Notes: generated from the sequence alone by a model not told the origin. A stretch of 64,000 nucleotides of DNA from Candidatus Poribacteria bacterium (GCA_965215015.1 OZ244042.1:1664001-1728000); one strand, 5' to 3'. Positions 49,199 to 60,272 are shown, numbered from the stretch's first letter. Program-made: numbers and translations.

Positions 49199-49644
49199 TT
49201 TTGAATCCTTTTGAATAATGTCACGGCGCGCTGCATTCCTCTCTACACTAATCCACTACATGGGCCTAGCAACGTGCCGCGTCCAAAAATAGAAACCGCT
49301 TGGGATGAGCGGAGGTAAATCCTGATTTATCAGAGCAACTCCCACCCCTATCATCAGAGTATACGCCTGATGACAGGAGTACTATAAAGGATAATAGTCA
49401 TTATAATTATTCTACAAACGGTTGTCAATGGAATTGGCACCACTTGATCAGAATGATCTGATTTTTTTATCCATAGGAAATTTGTAGTACTACTTTAAAA
49501 TTGACCCTGCATCTTAGGACGTGATAAGATATAATTTAACGTTGGAGATACAGATGGATGTCAGCGACTGAAGTTCAAGTACATAATACCTAAGGTGTAA
49601 TATGGGCTGAATTGCCCCAATTTCGGTTCTTAGCGAAAGGGTCT

Positions 49645-50877
49645 ATGTCTACGTCAATAATTCCCCGCTCGGTGCAGCAGCGGGTAACGGCAACGTTGTT
49701 CATCTCGCAGAGTTTGTTCAGCGCATCAACGATTTTGTCGTTTACACTCTTGCCAATTATTTCTGCACACTTGAGTGGGGCCGACCGTGCCGCAGGAGTG
49801 CCACCCACAATGATGATGTTGGGACGAGCTGTTGCCGCCTACCCCGTGGGCTGGCTTATGGATCACATCGGACGGCGGCCGGGGCTATCGTTGGGTTATC
49901 TATTTGCTACAGTCGGGTCAGCACTCAGCGTGCTATCAATTAGCAGGTGGGAGTCGTTCCCATGGCTTTGCGCCGGCGTGCTGCTAATCGGCATGGGACG
50001 TGGGGTGAGTGAACAAGCACGGTTTATTGCAGCTGAGGCCTATCCCCCGGTTAGGCGGGCGAGCGTGATTGGTCTTATTGTATTTGCTGGGACTATAGGG
50101 GCTGTAGGGGGGCCGCTACTGGTATCTCCTTCGACATCGTTAGCGGCGTACTTCGGCTTGCACGTCCACGCTGGACCTTACCTGATATCGGTAGTACTTG
50201 CTGCTCTGGCTCTGATGCTGACCCTTTTCCTACTATATCCAGATCCCATGAAGGTTGGGAGGACGCTCGCGAGAGACTCGAATGGGGTGGAGAAGAAAAA
50301 CACCGGGCGCAAGTTGCGCCAAATCTTTGTCGACAGGACAGTAAGGCTTGGTGTGGCGGCGATGATAATCGGCCAGTTTGTTATGACGTTAATTATGGTA
50401 ATTACACCGCTGCACATGAATCATCACGCCCATGGAGCACAGGCGATTTCGTGGGTGATAATGGCGCATACACTGGGGATGTACGGGCTTTCGAGCCTAA
50501 CGAGCCGCCTGACTGAACGTTTCGGTCAAGTAAAGATAGTGTTCATCGGTGCATTGATACTGGGTGTTTCCGCTGCGCTAACCCCAATTTCCAATCGGGT
50601 CCCTATGCTTGCCTCTACTCTATTCCTACTGGGTTTGGGCTGGAATTTCTGTTTTATCGCGGGATCGGCACTGTTTTTCAGTGGCCTTTTGCCCTTTGAA
50701 CGAGGGCGGGCACAGGGTGCTAATGAGATGATGGTAGCTCTGGCAGCGGGCACAGGTAGTATGGGAACAGGGGCGGTGTTTGCAGAATTAGGGATTGCAG
50801 CTGTGAGCACAATTGGGCTTGCCTTTTCGTTGATGTTAATCGTAGCGGCAGTCTGGCGGTTATTGAACACGAGATGA
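49645..50877 (+). CDS. MFS transporter
   Basis: About 12 TM helices; motif A GWLMDHIGRR and its repeat SRLTERFG. Confidence 0.9.
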   Translation: MSTSIIPRSVQQRVTATLFISQSLFSASTILSFTLLPIISAHLSGADRAAGVPPTMMMLGRAVAAYPVGWLMDHIGRRPGLSLGYLFATVGSALSVLSISRWESFPWLCAGVLLIGMGRGVSEQARFIAAEAYPPVRRASVIGLIVFAGTIGAVGGPLLVSPSTSLAAYFGLHVHAGPYLISVVLAALALMLTLFLLYPDPMKVGRTLARDSNGVEKKNTGRKLRQIFVDRTVRLGVAAMIIGQFVMTLIMVITPLHMNHHAHGAQAISWVIMAHTLGMYGLSSLTSRLTERFGQVKIVFIGALILGVSAALTPISNRVPMLASTLFLLGLGWNFCFIAGSALFFSGLLPFERGRAQGANEMMVALAAGTGSMGTGAVFAELGIAAVSTIGLAFSLMLIVAAVWRLLNTR

Positions 50878-51052
50878 TATGACATCTGTAATTATCTGAA
50901 CCGATTCTATATCGCAAATTACGGTACTGAACAAATAGACTTAATCTCGCTAATACTCAGGTTGGGATGGAACGCCACGTTATGGCGGAGCCATCGTTAC
51001 GCCGAACAGTATGAATAAATCAACTGATTCACTTAAAAATATAACGGAGGAA

Positions 51053-51355
51053 ATGATGATTGGTGTGTTAACTCACCATTGGGCAAATGAGGAACAGTTT
51101 GATGAGGCTCGCGAACTCCTAGATCGCAATGGACTAGCACAGAGCAAAGCCCCCGGATTTATTAGTCGAGTGACGCTTGTCTCCACCACCGACCCAACAA
51201 AAATAACCTCGTTGGTGACTTGGGAGAGTAACGAGATCTACGACGCTTGGCGCGCTTCTCCGGAACGGGCAGCTGTGATGGATGGCGCATCAGTATTGTG
51301 GTCGAAACCCACCGAGTCAGAACGCTTTGAAGTTGTAGGTAGGTTAGAAAAGTAA
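51053..51355 (+). CDS. Antibiotic biosynthesis monooxygenase (ABM) family protein
   Basis: APGFIS, VTWES...AWRASPE; GGAGG RBS. Confidence 0.75.
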   Translation: MMIGVLTHHWANEEQFDEARELLDRNGLAQSKAPGFISRVTLVSTTDPTKITSLVTWESNEIYDAWRASPERAAVMDGASVLWSKPTESERFEVVGRLEK

Positions 51356-51493
51356 CCCTCAAATGAGGTCCGGTAAGTAGACTTTAGTAGTATCTATGCG
51401 TCTCCACAAAGCCATTATGGGCACCGATAATAGTTCTAGAGTTCGAGGCGAAAGCCTCAACCTCCAGTCCGTTAAATTAACGTTACCAGATTT

Positions 51494-51610
51494 TAACGCA
51501 AGTTGCTAGTAGTAGGAGACACCCCAAACCGGTCGAGCAAGATGCCCGACCTATGGTATGTGTACAGGTTACGGCATACGGGGTATGCCTACCACTAGCA
51601 ACTTGGATTA
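51494..51610. mobile_element. Short MITE-like element with 23-bp imperfect terminal inverted repeats
   Basis: Left TAACGCAAGTTGCTAGTAGTAGG versus right (reverse complement) TAATCCAAGTTGCTAGTGGTAGG; same end type as 4251. Confidence 0.55.
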
Positions 51611-52822
51611 CTCTACAAATGATCCTTCCTGCTGCACCCGGTCATAGATTCTGGCAAATTCCTCGGAACCATCGTCGTCCCAAAGTTCCTGCTTGAGGCC
51701 CCGGATAGTCCCTTCCTCTCGCCCTGTCAGTCGGCTTACCGGAGCGAAGGATGGCGTATAGATCTTATGACCACCCGGCATGTGCAGTACGCCGACATGT
51801 TTAGGAACCTCTGTCGGTGGATTTGCCGCCACCCGTGCTAGCGCATCTTCGTCTACCTCAATTCCTAAGCCGGGACCCTCTGGAACGGGTGAGAATCCTT
51901 CGATGACCGGAATCCGTTCCGCGGTTATGTCTTCTTCATACTGGTCGTCGAGGTTTACCGAATGCCCTGTCATCGTGGGCAAAACGGCACCCATGTGTAG
52001 TGCCAATGCCTTAGTGAGTGTACCACCTGTCAGCTGTATAATCACTTGAACGTTTGCCTTTCCACATGCGAAACCGCGTATCAGGCTATCACCGATACCA
52101 CTTTCCCCCACCATGTAGGCGTCTGCAAGTCCGTGGATGATTTCTTGTACACCCCCGAGTTGCGGAACATGCATGATAATTGGGAGACGGCTCTGCTCCC
52201 GTAACCGCCGCCAACCGTCTATATCGTTTCGCACAATCGGATCCTCAATGTATCCAACGACGGGGTGATTCTCCAATTCACGCACGATAGGTAGGACCGC
52301 TGCTAAGCTGCGATTGCTGTTGAAGTCGTAGTGAATCTTAAATCCTTCCGGCACGACTTCCTCTGCTAGCCGTGTTTGCTCCATCACATCATAATATTCA
52401 CATGTGTGCATCTTAAAGGTCATATATCCCTGATCTACTGCGCGACGGATTTCGTCACGGAACGCTTCCGGTGCTGCGGGTCTCGTCCACGCAGCAACCG
52501 AAATTGCATCTCTCACTTTTTGTCCCATTAGCTTGTAGACAGGAATTTCTAAATGTTTGCCCATCACATCGTAGAGTGCACCACACAACCCTATATTCAA
52601 ATTGTTATTGATAAAATCAAATGGATTGCAACCAATGAGTGGTTCCACACTTGACCGATCAGGTGCTGAACAACGATAGTCGCCGTAACCAACTAAGCCG
52701 TTGTCTGTGTGCACTTTGAAGATTGTGCGATGGTTGATGGCGGAGAATCGGGCTTTGTAATCCGTATTGCGTTCAGCGATACGCGGGTAAATCGGGATAA
52801 TCTCAATGTCGGTAATTTTCAT
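51608..52822 (-). CDS. Mandelate racemase/muconate lactonizing enzyme (enolase superfamily)
   Basis: MKITDIEI, TDNGLVGYG, ALYDVMGK...PVYKLMG, YDFN, IEDP, PEGPGLGIEVDE. Start at ATG 52822 with AGGAG RBS. Confidence 0.85.
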   Translation of the reverse strand: MKITDIEIIPIYPRIAERNTDYKARFSAINHRTIFKVHTDNGLVGYGDYRCSAPDRSSVEPLIGCNPFDFINNNLNIGLCGALYDVMGKHLEIPVYKLMGQKVRDAISVAAWTRPAAPEAFRDEIRRAVDQGYMTFKMHTCEYYDVMEQTRLAEEVVPEGFKIHYDFNSNRSLAAVLPIVRELENHPVVGYIEDPIVRNDIDGWRRLREQSRLPIIMHVPQLGGVQEIIHGLADAYMVGESGIGDSLIRGFACGKANVQVIIQLTGGTLTKALALHMGAVLPTMTGHSVNLDDQYEEDITAERIPVIEGFSPVPEGPGLGIEVDEDALARVAANPPTEVPKHVGVLHMPGGHKIYTPSFAPVSRLTGREEGTIRGLKQELWDDDGSEEFARIYDRVQQEGSFVE

Positions 52823-53130
52823 AGTGTAAACTCCTATCGTATGGAACAAATCGGTGCGCGGCATTGCGTCCGAGTTGAGTAAATCCTTTGCTCTGTTTCG
52901 TATCCACCAAGGGCTGTGGACAGCTACCGATGAACCTTCATCAGCTTTCAATTGTGGAAATTCTGGGACAATTATTGCACTCAAGACAGGCAAAGTCAAG
53001 TGCCTTTTCGCTTGAGAACTCGCTTGATGCTTTGCTATAATTAAACACTTAGAACTCCAAATCATATCGTTCACAGCTAAGGTTATACAGAGGTTGCAAA
53101 GCGTCGCAACGATTTGAGGAGAACTGTGTT

Positions 53131-54495
53131 ATGGAGGAAAAGATGAAAAGCGATATCCCAATTTTTTACGACCCTAAAATCGAAACCATATCAAGGAGCG
53201 GCTTGGAGGCCTTACAACTTTCAAAACTCAAATGGCAGGTTGACCGATGCTATCATCAGAGCGAATTCTACCGAGAACGCTTCGATGCAAGAGGGGTATC
53301 GCCGGCAAATGTCAAAACCCTAGATGATATCCGCAAGTTTCCCTTCGTCCACAAGGAGGAGCTGCGCAAGGAGCAGGCGCAATACCCGTTTCTGGGAAGA
53401 TTTACCGTTGCACCGGAGACTGAGTTCCGGGAAGTCCACCCAAGCACGGGAACGACGGGCACGCCTGTCAACACAATTTGGAGCGCGACTGACGTGCAGT
53501 ACATCACGGAAGTGACGGCAAGGACGCTCTGGAGTATCGGTGTCCGCCCGGGAGATATCTTGCAGAACGCTTTTGCGTATGGACTCTGGGTGGCAGGATT
53601 GGCTGTGCACTACGCCGGCACAAAAATCGGTTGCCTAGTCATTCCAATCGGTGCGGCGTTGACCGAAAGACAAATCGATTATATGGTGCGTCTCAAGAGC
53701 ACCGTCCTCATCGCTACCCCTTCTTATGCCATCTATCTCGCCGAACAACTGAAAACACATGACTACAACACATCGGATGTCAACCTCCGAATTGGCTGCT
53801 TTGGTGGGGAGCCGGGCACGGAGGTGCCGGCAACACGCAGAGCCATCGAGAGAGGTCTCGGCATTGATGCCTACGACTACTATGGGCTCGCTGAAATTGG
53901 CCCTACTTTTGCCAGCGAATGCACTCACAAAGCAGGACTGCACTGGAGCGAGGATCTCCATTTAATCGAGGTGATTAATCCTGAAACGAAAGAACCTGTT
54001 CCGGAAGGGGAGGTGGGTATTCTGGTCATCACACATCTTGAGCGGAGTGCCACGCCGATGATCCGGTACTGGACAAATGACCTCGTGCGGCTTGACCGAT
54101 CACCATGTTCGTGTGGACGCACCCATGCCCGCTCTCCTGAAGGCATCTTAGGCAGGGCAGACGATATGATTGTTTTTATGGGTGTCAACTTTTATCCGAT
54201 GCGGGTAGAGCAGGTAGTGCGCTCATTTGAGGAACTGAGTCCCGAATACCGTATTCGGTTGACACACGATACCTCAACGCATCGGGACATCTGCACCATT
54301 TCGGTTGAGTTGGAACAGGAGGAAATACCTCAGGAGCAGGTATTAATGCTTCAGCAAAAGACCGTAGACGCCCTCCGAGAAACGTTGGGTTTCCGACCAG
54401 AGGTAGAATTTGTCCGTCAAGGGACTTTGGAACGCACAGCGTTTAAGGCAAAGCGGGTAATCGAGGAAAGGCCTGCATTTGCCAAGCAGTCGTAG
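53131..54495 (+). CDS. paaK: Phenylacetate-CoA ligase-like ANL enzyme
   Basis: STGTTGTP, TPSY, GEP, YGLAE, IRYWTNDL, GRADDM, NFYP, KAKRV. Confidence 0.8.
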   Translation: MEEKMKSDIPIFYDPKIETISRSGLEALQLSKLKWQVDRCYHQSEFYRERFDARGVSPANVKTLDDIRKFPFVHKEELRKEQAQYPFLGRFTVAPETEFREVHPSTGTTGTPVNTIWSATDVQYITEVTARTLWSIGVRPGDILQNAFAYGLWVAGLAVHYAGTKIGCLVIPIGAALTERQIDYMVRLKSTVLIATPSYAIYLAEQLKTHDYNTSDVNLRIGCFGGEPGTEVPATRRAIERGLGIDAYDYYGLAEIGPTFASECTHKAGLHWSEDLHLIEVINPETKEPVPEGEVGILVITHLERSATPMIRYWTNDLVRLDRSPCSCGRTHARSPEGILGRADDMIVFMGVNFYPMRVEQVVRSFEELSPEYRIRLTHDTSTHRDICTISVELEQEEIPQEQVLMLQQKTVDALRETLGFRPEVEFVRQGTLERTAFKAKRVIEERPAFAKQS

Positions 54496-54567
54496 CATTC
54501 TTTGGTTAAATTCAACTTTTCAAAGTTGACAATACAATAATCTAGTACAGGAGGTTTGAGAATAATA

Positions 54568-54918
54568 ATGAGAATAACCCGTCTGTATAGTGGCTCCGAT
54601 GGCGAGTCTCACTTTGAGGATATAGAGATTCCGCTTGAAGATAGTGGTGACATAGGCAGGATGTCACAGCTTCAGGAGGTGACTGGCATCATTTTTCGAG
54701 AAACTGGGCCCGACTACGACTATGATTGGCATACCGTTCCACAAAGGCAATACGTCATCACATTAAGCGGTGCGGTTGACATTGAGGTAGGGGATGGCAC
54801 GATACGACGATTCCGCCCGGGGGATATCCTTTTGGCAGAGGATACTACCGGTAAGGGGCATCGCAGCCGAGCAGTCAACGCCCAACCTCGGAAGAGCATT
54901 TTTGTGACGCTAGACTGA
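54568..54918 (+). CDS. Cupin-fold protein
   Basis: DGESHFED, WHTVPQRQYVITLSG.V.IEVGDG, AEDTTGKGH. Confidence 0.75.
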   Translation: MRITRLYSGSDGESHFEDIEIPLEDSGDIGRMSQLQEVTGIIFRETGPDYDYDWHTVPQRQYVITLSGAVDIEVGDGTIRRFRPGDILLAEDTTGKGHRSRAVNAQPRKSIFVTLD

Positions 54919-55442
54919 GATAGTAGTAACTTAAAAAAAGGAAACAAATCGGCAGCACTCACGTTTTATGCTAGGCGATGCCCTATTCAGGTTGCAACTT
55001 TTCACCCGCTTTGTCCGTTTTTATTAGCTAGGACGTGTTGACATTTTGCTATCTCCTTAGAAATCTTTAATGTCAACAATTCATAGGTTGAGCTTCTTCG
55101 CCTAACCTATGAATTGGCATGAGGTCGGGCAAGACACCCGACCTACGGGGATTGGTCTCAGTCCTGATAGATCGATATTTGTAAGTCAAGTTTCCATACT
55201 CGACACCTACTAGAGACAACTTATAGACGGAACACCAACCTGTTGGGCGAGGGAACCGAGCCCCTAAGATGAAATGTTTATCAGCAAATGACGGACACGC
55301 CTCACATAAATGTCAACAGAACCTATGTACTGAAGCCTTATCCGGTTGTCACTGAAAAGCGAAAAAGAGCTTTGAATTAGGGATTGGCCGCCGATGGGAA
55401 AGATTAAGCTAAATCAGTAACCTCACTCAGGAGTTGGAAAAA

Positions 55443-56792
55443 ATGAAATCGCTTGAAGATCGAAGCATGGGAGAACAGGGATTGTCTATAATTTGGAAGA
55501 AAAATTGGATTCATCATATATGGATCTGCCTTCTGCCGGTGCTCCTCTTTGCCTGTAGCGGCTCCCTTGGGAAAATTCAATTGGAAAACGTCAATGCCGT
55601 TATCGCACAATCTGAAACGTCAATCGAACAGGCACGTCTTGCAAACGCACAGGCCCTTGCTTTAGACACTTTGCAGCAGGCGGAAAATGCCCTCGCAGGC
55701 GCGAAGGAAGCTGTGGAGGTAAAGGATGGACGCGGAGCAATGCACCTAGCATATAATGCCTTGACTCAAGCACAAATTGCTGAACAAGAGGCGATGTATA
55801 AATCGCAGGGGAATGGATTAAATGCTATCATCAAACGAAAGGAAGCGGATATCGTTGCACTTCAAGCAAATTTGCAAACAGCAGATGGGGCACTCGAAAA
55901 ATCTCGAACCGATATCCGGCAATTGGATATAGAAAAGAATCAGCTGCAAGCTGACATGGCCCAGAAGCTCCGAGAGATTGAACAAGCGCACCAAGAGACA
56001 TTGCACAATTATGATAAAGCCAAAACTGAGCATAAGGACCTTCAGTCAAAATTGGCTGCGGCCCAAACACTACTTCTCCAAGCGCAGAATCGAGTCGAGG
56101 AACATGAGTGTCAAGTTCATCAATTACGTCGTGAACTGGCAGATGCCCAATCGTTAATGGAGACAACTCGCAAGGAGCCTGTAGAAGCGCGAATAAAGAC
56201 AGCGGCGCAGACCCAAAGGTATTCAAGAGACATTAAACAACCGGATCAGCCCAATGTGCTAAAACGACAGGAAGATACGCTAGCCCGAAAAAAACAGGAA
56301 GCAAAGGCTTATGTTCAGCAACAGCCCAGAAAACAACCGGCTCGGACCAACATTACCTCGCTGACCACCAAACAGATTGCTAGCGGTCGAACAGTGATCA
56401 ACGGTTGGGCACTCGCATGGGCAGCAAAAGATATGCACCGACACCTGAGTGGGTATATCCAAGGCGCAGCACTAGACCAAACCATTATTCGCTCCAGCAA
56501 CGAAGAGCGAACTCATCTTAACCGTACGCAAATGGCCAATGCGCTGAAAGAGATGGTGAATGCCGGGTGGAAAGAAACGGATTCCAAGTTCGATGCAGAC
56601 GGGGAGAGTGTTATTGCTACCTATCGATTTAGCCGCCTTTCACGAGATGTAGCGAGTGGAGAGGGGCCTGCCCTGCATGATTTGTGGACGCGGGAAGTAT
56701 GGGCGCGTCAAGTTGGAGCTGAGTGGAAAATAGTCCGTGAAAGCTGGCGGATTTACGAGGCTGTTCCAAGGTATAGCACAGCTTTTAATTAG
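55443..56792 (+). CDS. Lipoprotein with a DUF4398-like helical pair, long coiled coil and NTF2-like C-terminal domain
   Basis: Lipobox LLFAC; A/Q/E-rich heptads; WALAWAAKD...Y...WKIVRESW. Confidence 0.65.
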   Translation: MKSLEDRSMGEQGLSIIWKKNWIHHIWICLLPVLLFACSGSLGKIQLENVNAVIAQSETSIEQARLANAQALALDTLQQAENALAGAKEAVEVKDGRGAMHLAYNALTQAQIAEQEAMYKSQGNGLNAIIKRKEADIVALQANLQTADGALEKSRTDIRQLDIEKNQLQADMAQKLREIEQAHQETLHNYDKAKTEHKDLQSKLAAAQTLLLQAQNRVEEHECQVHQLRRELADAQSLMETTRKEPVEARIKTAAQTQRYSRDIKQPDQPNVLKRQEDTLARKKQEAKAYVQQQPRKQPARTNITSLTTKQIASGRTVINGWALAWAAKDMHRHLSGYIQGAALDQTIIRSSNEERTHLNRTQMANALKEMVNAGWKETDSKFDADGESVIATYRFSRLSRDVASGEGPALHDLWTREVWARQVGAEWKIVRESWRIYEAVPRYSTAFN

Positions 56793-56804
56793 GAGGGCAG
56801 ATTG

Positions 56805-57926
56805 ATGCAATCAGGGCGTTCCGTCAAACGAATGACGCAATTCGGGAAAACTGAATTTGTTACCACGTTTCAGAATCCCAACACCCGTTTTGCTGCGATC
56901 GGTATTATCGGAGCGGCCATCATCCTCTTAGCAATGGTGTTTGGAATACAAATTTTTGAAAAGGTTGGGACGATTGAGGTATTCCTCCAACAATGGAAGC
57001 AGGCTGTTGAATCAAAGCAACCGATGCTATATCAGCAGCTATGGGATTCGACCGCACGAACCAAAAACCAGAATCAGTACGAACGTGCATTAAAACTCTT
57101 CAGCAGAGAAAAGATTAAAGTAGATATAGCTGGGCCTCTTCCTCGAAAAGATCTCAGGGACACGAATCGACAGCGGATTGAACGCATCCCTGTCACACTC
57201 TACCAAAATGGAAAGGTTTTAGTTATAATCTATCGGGATTTAACTGTTGAAAAGAAGGGACTCTTGCAACGCTGGAAACTGATAGACGATAGAATTCATG
57301 ATGAGTTGGAATATCCCGAAACCACTGAGGAGTATCTCGTTCAAGATCAAGAAATTCTTGCTCAATCTGCCAATCCAACGCCTGAAAGCTCTCCGTTGCC
57401 CTCCCCTAAAGCTCCGGTTTCATCTAGTAACATTGCAACGTCTCGAACCGCTGCATCAGAAAAATCCTCGCCTATTGATGGTGAGGCACCGCTCGATACT
57501 CAGCTTAAATTGAGTCAAGTTTTGGGGGAATGGCAGCAGGCTTGGCAAGAAAAGAATCTCAAAACCTATATGTCGAAGTATGCAGAGGAGGCTGAGATAA
57601 TAAGGAGCACCATTAACAAAGGACAAGAATATCCGACCCGGTTAAACAAAAAGCAGTTGCGAGAAAAAATGGAAGCTCTCAATACGCAGTATAGCAAAAT
57701 CAAAGTAGATATCTTTCATTTGCAGATCAACGGAGACAACGCAGTAGCGGAGGTCAATTTCTTCCAAGAATTTGTCGGCATTCGCGCTTCTGGAAGTCAA
57801 CCCGTTTACTCAGATTTCGGCAAGAAGGAGTTAGTTTTTATGGTAGATCCCGCCGACGGCCTCTGGAAGATTTACTCTGAGAGTTGGAAACTCTATAAAA
57901 ACGTTCCCAAGTATCCCAAACTTTAA
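56805..57926 (+). CDS. Membrane-anchored protein with two NTF2/SnoaL-like domains
   Basis: One TM helix; WKQAVESK...WKLID and WQQAWQEKN..TYMSKY...SDFGKK...WKIYSESW, separated by a P/S-rich linker. Confidence 0.65.
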   Translation: MQSGRSVKRMTQFGKTEFVTTFQNPNTRFAAIGIIGAAIILLAMVFGIQIFEKVGTIEVFLQQWKQAVESKQPMLYQQLWDSTARTKNQNQYERALKLFSREKIKVDIAGPLPRKDLRDTNRQRIERIPVTLYQNGKVLVIIYRDLTVEKKGLLQRWKLIDDRIHDELEYPETTEEYLVQDQEILAQSANPTPESSPLPSPKAPVSSSNIATSRTAASEKSSPIDGEAPLDTQLKLSQVLGEWQQAWQEKNLKTYMSKYAEEAEIIRSTINKGQEYPTRLNKKQLREKMEALNTQYSKIKVDIFHLQINGDNAVAEVNFFQEFVGIRASGSQPVYSDFGKKELVFMVDPADGLWKIYSESWKLYKNVPKYPKL

Positions 57927-58063
57927 TCATCATTTTGGATTGAATTGCTATCACCGATTCATTGAAACTCTGTAATCGTCCATGCGTTTTTTGTTACCCA
58001 AATAACTTCAGCGTTCATCGGGGGCTGAATACACCCAAAATTTCATCTTAAAGGATAAGAACG

Positions 58064-58549
58064 ATGACTAAAATCTTACGTGTATCACTAGTTCTTTCGC
58101 ACGTGGTTTTACTTGCTGTTGCCCTATGCTTACTTGGTTGTGGAGGAAGTAGCGTTGAAAACCCACTTCGGGAATCGGAGGAAACCGGCAACACACTCAC
58201 ACAGGTAGAACCAGAGGACCAATCGCTTAACGTCAATGTCAATGTGAGCAAAGATACTGTCCAAGCTGGTGAGACAGTCAACATGACAGTAACTGTTGAC
58301 GAGCTTCGTGGAAACATCATCTTTAATTGGATTAACACAACCGGTTACGGCACACTGACCACTCTGGGTCAAAATAAGGCGATTTGGGCTGCCCCAGAAA
58401 TTCCAGACACGGGCGGAGTCAAAGTTGAAGTGCTCCAGCTTGTTGTTACAGCGATTAGCCAAGTAGTCTCGGTCGAAGCATCAGGGGTTGATACAGATAC
58501 TGAAGTCCTAACATCAACCAAAACCATACTGCTCACCGTTACCAATTGA
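58064..58549 (+). CDS. Lipoprotein, Ig-like beta-rich
   Basis: Lipobox LLGC; V/T-rich strands; W..P motif. Confidence 0.6.
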   Translation: MTKILRVSLVLSHVVLLAVALCLLGCGGSSVENPLRESEETGNTLTQVEPEDQSLNVNVNVSKDTVQAGETVNMTVTVDELRGNIIFNWINTTGYGTLTTLGQNKAIWAAPEIPDTGGVKVEVLQLVVTAISQVVSVEASGVDTDTEVLTSTKTILLTVTN

Positions 58550-58643
58550 CAACTGATGCTCCTGCCTTATCACAACGAAATTTTTACACCAATTTGAAGC
58601 TGATATTACACAATCAGCTGCTTAATCAACCCATTAGTGAGGA

Positions 58644-60272
58644 ATGGCAATGCGACATATCCCTACTTGCATGAAATCTAATAAAAAGGAAAAAGGGCAC
58701 CTCCTACCAACCGAATACGGACATCGTAGCCGTTGGCGTCAATTCTGCGTCGGGACCGTAGTGCTCTGGCTGCTGTACATCTCCATCGCCTCGGCTTCCT
58801 TTCGCCCGGTGATTGGTGCTAGGCCCCTTGGTATGAGCGGGGCGTTTATCAGCAGTCCCGAGTATTCAACGGGAGCCCTCTGGAATCCGGCGGGACTTGC
58901 AAGCCTTGAGCACGGCAGTTTGGTTTACGACCTATCCCAAGGCGCAGTTTCAGTGGGATATCCGATCCACTACGTAGGAACGCTTGGCTTCAGTGCTTTA
59001 GATCTGAATGGTGAAGACCGGTTCTTTCATGACCATCCGAACAATCCAGTCGGAACATTCGAGAGAGGTTATAATCAAGTTCTCCTGTCTTATGCCAGAT
59101 CAATCGGCAGCCGATTGCAGCTTGGTGGGAATTTTGGATACAATCGTGCGGCTAACCCCGGCAGCCAATGGAAGCCAAGTTACGATTTCGGTGCGATTGT
59201 TAAGCTGCCTCCGCATTTAATCCTAGGGGCAAGGTTAATAGATATATCTGGAGTCACCATTCTAGACCGAGCTGGAAGGACCCTGGAACAGTTCGATCAG
59301 ACATTTGCCGTTGGAGCAGCATGGAAACCGGCTCAACCGCTTCAGCTTAGCAGTGTGTTGGATACAACGTTGTGGCAGCTCAGAGTGGGTGCTGAAGTTG
59401 GCGCGTATGGACTGGCACTTCGGTTAGGTACTGCAATTGACCTCATAGGACTCCAGCCAGAGCCAGGTTGGAGTTCGGGGTTTTCTGTCAATATCCATGG
59501 TAAACATCTCCATTACGCCTACTTAAACCAGCCAGATGTGGCATATAAACATCTTCTCGCTGTTGGTTTGACATTTGATTTATTTGGTCAGACAGCCTTG
59601 GCTTCTGTGAGTAAAAAAGGAACTCCCGCGGCGAGAAAGGAGGCTTCAAGAAAGAAATGGAAAGCCTCCGTAAAAAAAGGAGAAACCCCTGTGAAGAAGG
59701 GGGAAACTTCCATCAAGAAGGAGGAGAAAACCCAAACGAAAAAGCCTCCCGAGCGGGCCACCGGTGATACGAAGCGAATTACCGACGATGCGAAAGATGC
59801 AAAATCTCCAACTATACAGATTGCGGAGCGGTACGGTGTCGATGTTGATCTCATCCTCGCTCTGGTCAAAAGGGAGTCAACCTTCAATCCCAAAGCAATC
59901 TCCCCCAGTGGTGCCGCTGGGTTGACGCAACTGATGCCACCGACAGCACGGGGACTCGGGCTCAAGGTTCCCCCCTATCAGAACGCAAGAAAGCCGACAC
60001 CAAATCCCAGCGTTGATGAACGCTTCCACCCGGTTAAAAACCTAGACGCAGGAGTCAAATATTTGCACGATATGCTTAAAAGGTATAATGGGAATTACAG
60101 TCTCTCACTTGCCGCCTATAATGTGGGACCAGGAAACGTTCGGAAAAACAAGAAACTCACTCGTTCAGCGGAACGGTATGTTGGCAAAGTTCTCAAAAAT
60201 TATTATCAATACAAGGCGAATGCTGACTTGAAAAATACGGATCTTCACAGATTGGATGCCTTTCTTAGATAA
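58644..60272 (+). CDS. PorV/UPF0164-like outer-membrane barrel fused to an SLT lytic transglycosylase
   Basis: IGARPLGMSGAF...WNPAGLA barrel N-terminus; barrel end HLLAVGLTF; Lys-rich linker; RESTFNP.A.S..GA.GLTQLMP and AAYN.G SLT motifs. Confidence 0.75.
   Translation: MAMRHIPTCMKSNKKEKGHLLPTEYGHRSRWRQFCVGTVVLWLLYISIASASFRPVIGARPLGMSGAFISSPEYSTGALWNPAGLASLEHGSLVYDLSQGAVSVGYPIHYVGTLGFSALDLNGEDRFFHDHPNNPVGTFERGYNQVLLSYARSIGSRLQLGGNFGYNRAANPGSQWKPSYDFGAIVKLPPHLILGARLIDISGVTILDRAGRTLEQFDQTFAVGAAWKPAQPLQLSSVLDTTLWQLRVGAEVGAYGLALRLGTAIDLIGLQPEPGWSSGFSVNIHGKHLHYAYLNQPDVAYKHLLAVGLTFDLFGQTALASVSKKGTPAARKEASRKKWKASVKKGETPVKKGETSIKKEEKTQTKKPPERATGDTKRITDDAKDAKSPTIQIAERYGVDVDLILALVKRESTFNPKAISPSGAAGLTQLMPPTARGLGLKVPPYQNARKPTPNPSVDERFHPVKNLDAGVKYLHDMLKRYNGNYSLSLAAYNVGPGNVRKNKKLTRSAERYVGKVLKNYYQYKANADLKNTDLHRLDAFLR

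Noticed and set aside
52823-53074. N-terminal extension of the enolase-family ORF
   Set aside because: The family start MKITDIE has its own RBS at 52822; the extension covers the divergent promoter region.
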